A DNA stretch of 48,732 nucleotides, taken from positions 1 to 48,732 of the forward strand of contig JAGGRR010000017.1 in NCBI GenBank assembly GCA_021159465.1, written 5' to 3'. Each line of letters starts with the position of its first letter. Within the stretch, counting starts at the first letter, position 1. The notes beneath the pieces are model-generated. The model made no database searches. It saw nothing but the letters and a program-made list of their open reading frames with translations, and was not told the DNA's origin. The stretch is from Candidatus Methanophagales archaeon (GTDB taxonomy: Archaea > Halobacteriota > Syntropharchaeia > Alkanophagales > Methanospirareceae). A program made the translations under genes and the position numbers. Below are positions 41,721 through 48,732 of this stretch, piece by piece.

Positions 41721-42887
41721 TCAAGAGATAAAAGAAGAGAGTATCTTGATCAGACTTATCTGGTGAGTGGTTATATCAAAAACGGAAGATATGAGTACTT
41801 TTTTGTTGTATAATCTTTCTTCATCACCTGTGGCTGTGGATGTGAAGATGCCCCACAGCCATTTATTCACACCACCAAGAAGACTTAGACTTATCTTCCC
41901 CGCAGAGGAATCCTGCATCGTCATCGACGGCTGCACTTCGCTGCACTCTTCAACATACAGGAACCTGATGATACTTGTCCCGGGGATAGTAATCTTATAG
42001 GTACCAGGAACCTTTTTGGTCACGTAGAAATGAAACGTCTTCGATTCCATGTGGTCTAAGGTGACAGAAGTTTCTGCTTCTTTCTCTCCATTTATCACCA
42101 GTGCAATTTTTCCCGTTCCTCTCTCTCCTGCATTCCTCACAGTAACCGATACCTTCACGGACTCGTTCGGCTTCACTGCAAATTTGTCTACCCACATGTC
42201 TATCACCTGGAACTTTGTACCACTGAGCATAGCTAACGGAGTAGCAATCGGAGCTGTAATCGGCTTTTCCCTCTCTTCTTTACTCACATGCGGGCGTACG
42301 GAAAACCAGATACTTGTCATCTCCTCTAAAGAATCGGATATGGATTTCAATGCTCCTAAATCGTCTAAATCGTCTGCATCACTACTGGTCTCAAAGAAGT
42401 CGCGCAGATCATCAAATTCATCTTCATTATTGAATATGCTCTTCAGCGTACCTGTCACCTCCACCATCCGCTCCAGTTCATCTACCCTCGCCTTGTCCAG
42501 ACGATTATACGCGAATATCCTCAATTTATAATTGCCATACAGCCACCATGAAGGTATTTTCTTTGTATACACAACGTAGGCACCACGATCATAGTCCCTT
42601 CGGGTCACTTCCTTATACTCCATAGAGACCACATGATCCCGTGGATCCTCAATGACGAAGAAGAACTTGACAGCCACAAATCCATCATAATTCACGTTCT
42701 TCATCTCCGTATACACTTTAAGCGTGCTCCCCCGGGTAAGAGTGCTACTTGCAGGCACATAATCATTAAAACCACGAACATCAGAGACAATCACTGCTTT
42801 CACAGCCGCTACAACAGAGACGGAAGAAGCAAGAAGCAATAACGAAATCAGCATTACTAATATTACTGATATACTTCGCCCTTTCAT
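41721..42887 (-). CDS. Secreted hypothetical protein with a CARDB-like beta-sandwich module
   Basis: 388 aa. The signal is SVILVMLISLLLLASSVSVVAA. The central acidic linker is NEDEFDDLRDFFETSSDADDLDDL. The CARDB-like segment is VKPNESVKVSVTVRNAGERGTGKIALVINGEKEAETSVTLDHMESKTFHFYVTKKVPGTYKITI. Confidence 0.6.
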   Translation of the reverse strand: MKGRSISVILVMLISLLLLASSVSVVAAVKAVIVSDVRGFNDYVPASSTLTRGSTLKVYTEMKNVNYDGFVAVKFFFVIEDPRDHVVSMEYKEVTRRDYDRGAYVVYTKKIPSWWLYGNYKLRIFAYNRLDKARVDELERMVEVTGTLKSIFNNEDEFDDLRDFFETSSDADDLDDLGALKSISDSLEEMTSIWFSVRPHVSKEEREKPITAPIATPLAMLSGTKFQVIDMWVDKFAVKPNESVKVSVTVRNAGERGTGKIALVINGEKEAETSVTLDHMESKTFHFYVTKKVPGTYKITIPGTSIIRFLYVEECSEVQPSMTMQDSSAGKISLSLLGGVNKWLWGIFTSTATGDEERLYNKKVLISSVFDITTHQISLIKILSSFIS

Positions 42888-42969
42888 TTCTATACTTCCT
42901 TTATAGCCTAAACATATTTAAAATTTAAAATTTAAAAGCATAATAAGAATAGCTTCTGATTTTGCACGA

Positions 42970-43770
42970 TTAGAGTGGGAGTTGCCCAAGGTCGAATTTC
43001 ATGCCATCGCGCGCCGCTATTACTTCCACACCCGTCTCCTCGCTTATCCGCTTCGCTATCTCCCAGGGCTTATTTCTCAGCATCGTCATGCCGAAATGTG
43101 TGAGAATCGCCACCTTTGGTCTCCTTATCTCTATTATCCGCCTCGCATCTTCCACACAGAGATGCTGTACACCCTCCCTCCTCCTGTACATCGCTACGTT
43201 CATCACGAGCACCTGACCATCATAATGATCCTCCAGGCTCGGGAAATAAAGTGTATCGGAGATAAAAGAGACCTTTGTCCTTGTCTCCCCCCTCTCTTTT
43301 ATGTTCAGTCCATAGGTCTCAACGCCATGAACATGCCTCTTCGGGGTGTTTATCTCCAGCTTACCGATGGAATAAATCCCACCCTCTCTCATCACTTCGA
43401 TTCTTTGCAGAAGCTTTTTGTAATAATCCAGGACAACTGCATCACCACCATTTGTAATTGCATCCCTGGGACAAAGCAGTATCCCCCTGGGCTTGAATCC
43501 TCCCTCTGTCATCGCTTCTATCATCACATTCACATCATTTGAATGGTCTAAGTGCTTATGAGTCAGGATGATGCCACGGAGCTTAGCAGGATTGATCTTC
43601 GGCTTTGTTGTTGCAAATCGCACCAATGTACCGGGACCAGGGTCTATAAGGATATTCGTACCCTTTAAAGAGAGAACAGTACCAGCCGAAGACCGGAACT
43701 GGGTTATCATGACGAACCTTGCACCCGCGGTACCAAGAAATCTTATCTCATCCCTATCCTTCGCTGTCAT
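42970..43770 (-). CDS. Metallo-beta-lactamase-fold hydrolase
   Basis: 266 aa. The HxHxDH motif is present as ILTHKHLDHSND, and the N-terminus IRFLGTAGA is typical of the fold. Confidence 0.85.
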   Translation of the reverse strand: MTAKDRDEIRFLGTAGARFVMITQFRSSAGTVLSLKGTNILIDPGPGTLVRFATTKPKINPAKLRGIILTHKHLDHSNDVNVMIEAMTEGGFKPRGILLCPRDAITNGGDAVVLDYYKKLLQRIEVMREGGIYSIGKLEINTPKRHVHGVETYGLNIKERGETRTKVSFISDTLYFPSLEDHYDGQVLVMNVAMYRRREGVQHLCVEDARRIIEIRRPKVAILTHFGMTMLRNKPWEIAKRISEETGVEVIAARDGMKFDLGQLPL

Positions 43771-43775
43771 CTGAG

Positions 43776-44189
43776 TTAATTAGTATCTGCCTCAACCAGG
43801 CTGATAGCGTTATGCACACAATAATCGGCACATTCGCCACAGTATCGACAGACAATAGGCTTATTCTTATCGTTATCCCAGAATATGGCGCCCAGAATGC
43901 ATGATTGTGCACAAAGTCCGCAGCCTATGCATTTATAGTCGTGGAATACCACCCCGCCCCCTTCTTTCCTCGCACTTAACGCGCCCGTGGAGCATACTTT
44001 TGCACACGGCGGGTTCTCACATGCACGACAGACGACGATAACAAAACCCCGCTCTATACCTCCTGCTGACTTCACTCTTATTGCCGAATCCTTAAATCCG
44101 CCCTTGCCCACGCGCCGCGAACATGCAAACATGCATTCCATACAACCAATACATTTGTTAACATCAACAGTTGCCAGCTTCTTCGCCAT
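43776..44189 (-). CDS. 4Fe-4S ferredoxin-domain protein (polyferredoxin-like, four Cys clusters)
   Basis: The Cys clusters are CIGCMECMFACS, CRACENPPCAKVC, CIGCGLCAQSC and CRYCGECADYC. The start is taken at Met 44189 (MAKKLATVDVNKC); the track ORF runs to 44234. The stop lies 5 nt before the MBL gene start. Confidence 0.85.
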   Translation of the reverse strand: MAKKLATVDVNKCIGCMECMFACSRRVGKGGFKDSAIRVKSAGGIERGFVIVVCRACENPPCAKVCSTGALSARKEGGGVVFHDYKCIGCGLCAQSCILGAIFWDNDKNKPIVCRYCGECADYCVHNAISLVEADTN

Positions 44190-44238
44190 TTTTGGTTTAC
44201 GATAAAGATAAGCAGAAAGATATATAAAAATCATATCT

Positions 44239-45609
44239 TCATTTCATCTTCATATATTCACGCAATACAACAGTGGCATAAGAGCCCTTTGGCAGGAAGA
44301 AATTCAATTTCACTCGCTTGCAGCCGGGATTCATCTCGTCATCGCTGAGCTCTTTGCAGTTAACCTTCACAGGTACTATGATTGGTCTCCTTGTTCCCCT
44401 GGAACTCAATGCTGGCAGTACATTGAGCTTGAAATCAGAGAGTTCAATACCCTCAGCAGCCAGAACTTCACGCTCTATTTCGCCTTCCAAACCCGCTCCC
44501 AACTCGGTCGCGAAGCCAAATACCGGCGCGGTTACAAAAGCTCTACCTCGTTTTATCAGCCGATTAATCGCATCCACCTTCTCCTCTGTCACGCGCTCCA
44601 GCTTAGCCGGATCAGCGAATCCATGTTCATTGCGATAGCAGACAATATCACCGACGAGAGCCGTATTGAATGGCTGCTGCCGATTCATGTTCAAGTTTAA
44701 ACTCAAACTCAGACTCAAGCTCATGCGCTTACTCAAGACGAGATTGAAGAGATAAGCCTGATAGGCATGTATGAAAAGCTTCTGCAAGTTCACGGGTAAT
44801 GCATTAAAGGCAGCGATATAATCGGATTCACTCAACTGTTCCGTGCTCTTCTTCGCTTTCACCAGCTCGTTCAATATAGCTCGCTCGTAACGAAGTGGCA
44901 TTCGCTTCAAGCACTCTTTAAAATTGCCCTCTTGGCATAGCTGCCTCGCTTCTCTCACCTCTTCACTCTCACTCTCATCTGGCGTGATATATGCGAGATA
45001 TGTCATAACCGCACCCTTTACATCGCCCCTTATCAGCCTTTCACCGACAATATGCGTTATTGGACGGTTGATGCCGAATCGTTGAACGCCGAAGAAGTTT
45101 GGTATCCCACCCATAGCGTCTATCTCAGCCGAGATGGAATTTATCCTCTGTAATATCTCGTCCTCACTGCCCTTTAGACCACGAATAGTAATCTCAAACT
45201 CATTACCATAGAGGTCACCGAGCGATACAGGCTTATTTGAACGCCCTATTATCCGCAATGTCACATCTTTCAGTCTTATATGAGCGAGATCATCATCCTC
45301 AATGCCGCTGATACTGATCTTCTGTGTGGTAACGGCGAATTTATCCTTGGTGCCTGCGAATCCAATTCGTTTTCTGCTAATACCCAATCGCCTTGAGAGC
45401 TCTCTTATCACACTGTGGGTGTCCCAGTTATCCTTTTTGAGCTCAAGAATCAGGAATCTACCGGTATCACCCTCCTCGCGATTGGTGACCTCACGAACAA
45501 TGAAGTCAGAGGGCTTTTGCTTTATGATACCACCGATTCCGGCAGTTCGAGTAGCGTAAAACCAGATACCCAGACGTTTCTCCAGTTCGCTGACTGTGTG
45601 CACTCTCAT
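44239..45609 (-). CDS. truD: tRNA pseudouridine(13) synthase TruD
   Basis: 456 aa. Motifs are GIGGIIKQKPSDFIVREV, the catalytic-Asp motif GFAGTKDKFAVT, and FGVQRFG. Confidence 0.9.
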   Translation of the reverse strand: MRVHTVSELEKRLGIWFYATRTAGIGGIIKQKPSDFIVREVTNREEGDTGRFLILELKKDNWDTHSVIRELSRRLGISRKRIGFAGTKDKFAVTTQKISISGIEDDDLAHIRLKDVTLRIIGRSNKPVSLGDLYGNEFEITIRGLKGSEDEILQRINSISAEIDAMGGIPNFFGVQRFGINRPITHIVGERLIRGDVKGAVMTYLAYITPDESESEEVREARQLCQEGNFKECLKRMPLRYERAILNELVKAKKSTEQLSESDYIAAFNALPVNLQKLFIHAYQAYLFNLVLSKRMSLSLSLSLNLNMNRQQPFNTALVGDIVCYRNEHGFADPAKLERVTEEKVDAINRLIKRGRAFVTAPVFGFATELGAGLEGEIEREVLAAEGIELSDFKLNVLPALSSRGTRRPIIVPVKVNCKELSDDEMNPGCKRVKLNFFLPKGSYATVVLREYMKMK

Positions 45610-45624
45610 TCTATCACATTTGCA

Positions 45625-45660
45625 AAGTCAAAGTAAAAGTAAAAGTAGTAGTTAGTTGTA
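45625..45660. repeat. Hexanucleotide-periodic intergenic tract between truD and gatB
   Basis: AAGTCA AAGTAA AAGTAA AAGTAG TAGTTA GTTGTA. Confidence 0.9.
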
Positions 45661-45685
45661 CGCATAATTTTAATCTCAACCGCGA

Positions 45686-47128
45686 CTACCGCGCATCGCT
45701 TCGTGAGCCATAGGCTTGAGCTTTATCCATGAGTCTTATACGAACCTCCTTCGGCTCCGCCCGCCCGCGTGTATACTTCATCACCTGTCCGACGAGGAAG
45801 TTCAACGCCTCATTCTTTCCAGCGAGATAATCTGCGACTGCATTTTTGTTATCCTTTATCACTGCATCTATTGCTACCTCTATCTCTGCCGGGCTGATGG
45901 TTGCCAGCTTCTTACTCTTTATTATCGCATCCGGCTTGCCACCCCTATCGAGCATCTCCCTTATCAACACTGTTGCACCTCGTTCTGTGATTATTCCTTG
46001 CTTTAAATATCGTAAGATAGCGACGAAATCATCAGGTGAGAGTCTCTTTTCAGCTTCACGCATTGTTATAGACCGATAATTCAATTCTCCTTTCAGAACA
46101 TCTGCAATCCATGTGGCACTCAATCTCGGGTCTATCCTCGATGCCACAGCCTCATAAAAATCCGCTATATGCTTATCATACGTGAGTGCAGTTGCATGCT
46201 CTGGTGTTATTGAATATTGTGTTATGAACCTCTTCCTCTTCTCATCAGGCAACTCAGGTATCTCCGCCTTCAGGTCTAACACGGACTCGGCGATACGAAT
46301 GGGTACGAGATCGGGCTCAGGGAAGTAGCGATAATCCTCTTCAAATTCCTTCGTTCGCATCGAAATTGTTATACCACGCACTTCATCGTAGTGGCGTGTC
46401 TCCTGTTTGACTTTCAAACCCCGGCGTAATAAATTCTTCTGTCTCGTTATCTCGAATGACAATGCACGTTCTACACCTTTATATGATGATATGTTCTTGA
46501 CCTCCGCTCGCTCACCACCTGCCACTGATATATTGGCATCAACGCGCATTGCACCCTCCAGGTCCCCATTAAATACACCCAGGTACTCCAGAATACTCCT
46601 CAACTTATTGAGAAATATCCGCGCTTCTTTCGGTGACCGGAGGTCAGGCTCGGTTACTATCTCCACCAGCGGTATCCCGGAGCGGTTGTAGTCAACGAGC
46701 GCATACTTCGCGGTATCTATCGTGCCCTTATATACCAGCCTGCCGGGATCCTCTTCGATATGCACCCTTCTTATCCTTATCTCTCGCTCCTCGCCATCGC
46801 TCTCTATTCGCACCATGCCGTTGAGTGCGATAGGGAAATCATATTGCGTTATCTGAAATCCACGTGGGAGGTCAGGATAGTAATAGTTCTTGCGGTAGAA
46901 GATTATCCTCGGCTGCACTTCACAGCCCAGTGCGAGTCCTACTTTTATACCATACCTTATTGCTTGCCCATTCACAGTGGGCAAAGCACCGGGTAAACCC
47001 AGACAGACCGCACACACATGCGTATTCGGTTCTGCATTATGATAATCGGTAGAGCAAGGACAGAATAGTTTCGATCTGGTGAGAAGCTGTGCATGACATT
47101 CTAATCCGATCTTCACCTCGCTCTCCAT
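45686..47128 (-). CDS. gatB: Aspartyl/glutamyl-tRNA(Asn/Gln) amidotransferase subunit B
   Basis: 480 aa. The sequence KIGLECHAQL ... CPCS ... CAVCLGLPGALP ... NYYYPDLPRGFQITQ ... HIEEDPG, plus the C-terminal YqeY-like tail GKNEALNFLVGQVMK, matches GatB. Confidence 0.93.
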   Translation of the reverse strand: MESEVKIGLECHAQLLTRSKLFCPCSTDYHNAEPNTHVCAVCLGLPGALPTVNGQAIRYGIKVGLALGCEVQPRIIFYRKNYYYPDLPRGFQITQYDFPIALNGMVRIESDGEEREIRIRRVHIEEDPGRLVYKGTIDTAKYALVDYNRSGIPLVEIVTEPDLRSPKEARIFLNKLRSILEYLGVFNGDLEGAMRVDANISVAGGERAEVKNISSYKGVERALSFEITRQKNLLRRGLKVKQETRHYDEVRGITISMRTKEFEEDYRYFPEPDLVPIRIAESVLDLKAEIPELPDEKRKRFITQYSITPEHATALTYDKHIADFYEAVASRIDPRLSATWIADVLKGELNYRSITMREAEKRLSPDDFVAILRYLKQGIITERGATVLIREMLDRGGKPDAIIKSKKLATISPAEIEVAIDAVIKDNKNAVADYLAGKNEALNFLVGQVMKYTRGRAEPKEVRIRLMDKAQAYGSRSDAR

Positions 47129-47284
47129 ATCCTACCCCCTCTCACTCTCACCTTCACTCTCATTATTACATTACAATTCAATACATTTACAATTCATAAT
47201 TCATCTTGTCTTGTATAGATAAACGTAAACGCAGCACCAAAAAACACCAACCTGGATAAATTGTAGGATATAGAGATATAAAGG

Positions 47285-48732
47285 ATGAGGGAAGAGATAA
47301 GGAGATATGCATTGGAGAATGCGGTGAGATATGGTAAACCGCCGCGGGTAGATGCGGTATTGAAGAGGTTTCTCGGTGAGCACCCGGAATTGAGGAAGGA
47401 TGCGCAAAAGGTTGCCAAATTGGTAGTAGATGAGATAAGGGATATAGAATCGAAGGGGTTAGAGGAGTGGAATGCGGAATTGAGGCTTATAGCACCGGAG
47501 ATGGCGGGCACGAGCGTGAGTGTGACCACAAAGAGAGAAAGCAGAGAGGAGACAAAACTACCGGAACTGCCCCTGAGCGGTCATGATAAGAATGTTGTTA
47601 TGCGCTTCGCACCCAATCCGAATGGTGCAGCCACGCTTGGCAGTGCCCGCGGCATAGTTATCAATTCCGAATATGCGAAGATGTACAAAGGCAAGTTTAT
47701 TCTCCGGTTTGACGATACCGACCCGCTGTTGAAGCGACCGATGCTAGAGGCTTATGAGTGGTACATTGAAGACTGTGAATGGCTTGATGCCACGCCAGAT
47801 GAAGTGATTGTGGCATCGGAGCGTATGGATTTGTATTACCGGTATGGTAAAGAGCTAATAGAGCGAGGGATGGCATACGTGTGCCTCTGCACGCAGGAAG
47901 AGTTCAAAGTTTATAAAGAACGAATGCGAGCATGTCCACATCGCACTGCGGACGTTGAGACGAACATGGAGAACTGGGATAGGATGCTGAGTGGCTTTTA
48001 TGAAGAGAAGGAAGCGGTACTGAGGATAAAGACAGATATGGCTAATGAAGACCCGGCTTTAAGAGATTGGGTTGCATTCAGGATATTGAAGCGGGAGCAT
48101 CCACGCGTTGGCATGCGATACATTGTGTGGCCCACGCTGGATTTTGAATCCGGGATAGAAGACCATCTACTTGGTATAACGCATATATTGAGGGGCAAAG
48201 ACCTTATGAAATCAGAGAAGCGGCAACGATTCCTCTATGACTATCTCGGCTGGCAATATCCAGTAACAACACTCTGGGGCAAGATAAGGGTACACGAGTT
48301 TGGCAAATTCAGCACCTCAGAACTGAGGAAGGGCATAGAGCGTGGTGAATATGATGGCTGGGACGACCCGAGGTTGCCAACATTGAGGGCACTACGCAGA
48401 CGTGGATTTCAACCCGAGGCGATTCGGAAGTTCTTTATTTCTATGGGCGTTTCTCAGAACGATATCGCAGTGAGCATGAAGAACCTGTATGCGGAGAACA
48501 GGAAGATTGTGGACGTTCGTGCCATGAGGTACTTCTTTGTACACAGACCGGTGGAGATGATACTGAAGAATGGGAAGAATGGCAAATCAAAAACACTTGT
48601 TGCAAGGGCATTGAAGCACCCCTCAAGGAGTGATTATCGTGAGATAAGAACTGGCAACAGGGTATATGTGAGTGGGGCTGACTTTGAGAAGATGCGTAAA
48701 GGGCAGCGAATAAGGCTGAAATACCTGTGCAC
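47285..48732 (+). CDS. gltX: Glutamyl-tRNA synthetase (archaeal type), 3' end outside window
   Basis: An open frame runs from ATG 47285 to the window edge. It is not in the ORF track because it has no stop. The sequence includes VVMRFAPNPNGAATLGSARG (HIGH-region equivalent), FILRFDDTDP and HILRGKDLMKSEKRQ. The listed antisense ORF 47194..47529 is a shadow. Confidence 0.9.
   Translation, partial: MREEIRRYALENAVRYGKPPRVDAVLKRFLGEHPELRKDAQKVAKLVVDEIRDIESKGLEEWNAELRLIAPEMAGTSVSVTTKRESREETKLPELPLSGHDKNVVMRFAPNPNGAATLGSARGIVINSEYAKMYKGKFILRFDDTDPLLKRPMLEAYEWYIEDCEWLDATPDEVIVASERMDLYYRYGKELIERGMAYVCLCTQEEFKVYKERMRACPHRTADVETNMENWDRMLSGFYEEKEAVLRIKTDMANEDPALRDWVAFRILKREHPRVGMRYIVWPTLDFESGIEDHLLGITHILRGKDLMKSEKRQRFLYDYLGWQYPVTTLWGKIRVHEFGKFSTSELRKGIERGEYDGWDDPRLPTLRALRRRGFQPEAIRKFFISMGVSQNDIAVSMKNLYAENRKIVDVRAMRYFFVHRPVEMILKNGKNGKSKTLVARALKHPSRSDYREIRTGNRVYVSGADFEKMRKGQRIRLKYLC

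Noticed and set aside
47194-47529. 111-aa minus-strand ORF listed in the track.
   Set aside because: It overlaps the 5' part of the clearly recognisable gltX frame, which is open to the window end and therefore absent from the track.

Overview
The window is archaeal. It carries RNA polymerase subunits K, N and E', Spt4, PCNA, ribosomal protein L18e, CdhC and PGF-CTERM sorting signals. By inference it comes from a Methanosarcinales / ANME-2 / Methanoperedens-like methane-cycling lineage, because multihaem c-type cytochromes sit beside an acetyl-CoA decarbonylase/synthase beta subunit. Most of the sequence is densely packed housekeeping DNA. It includes a nucleotide-sugar modification operon, trpC, a thiolase-DUF35-hydroxyacyl-CoA dehydrogenase trio, PiT/DUF47 phosphate uptake, pcn, argF, a lone cdhC, the L18e-L13-S9-RpoN-tRNAPro-RpoK block, ppsA, rpoE'/spt4, truD, gatB and gltX, plus two tRNAs. 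No transposase, integrase or CRISPR array was seen. The most interesting region is 30942..40973. It is a divergent seven-gene cluster next to a PGF-CTERM surface (S-layer-like) protein gene. It encodes a 911-aa protein with an N-terminal tubulin/FtsZ-type GTPase domain (GIGGQGS ... GGGTGSS). It also encodes a 297-aa FtsZ-like protein in which the glycine-rich nucleotide loop is replaced by ELDDGDE. The other five products are membrane-anchored coiled-coil or beta-sandwich proteins with no motif I recognise. I read the cluster as a candidate uncharacterised trans-envelope cytoskeletal or membrane-remodelling module. Other notable points: an acylphosphatase-like protein carries 18 in-frame copies of a 21-bp repeat (heptad xSVxLGE), with a decayed paralogue beside it. 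A 1.6-kb stretch (20981..22560) holds three degraded genes. A radical SAM/SPASM gene next to a cytochrome gene is frameshifted. Short 5-8 nt periodic tracts recur at gene boundaries. All functional calls come from motif recognition by eye. No database search was possible.
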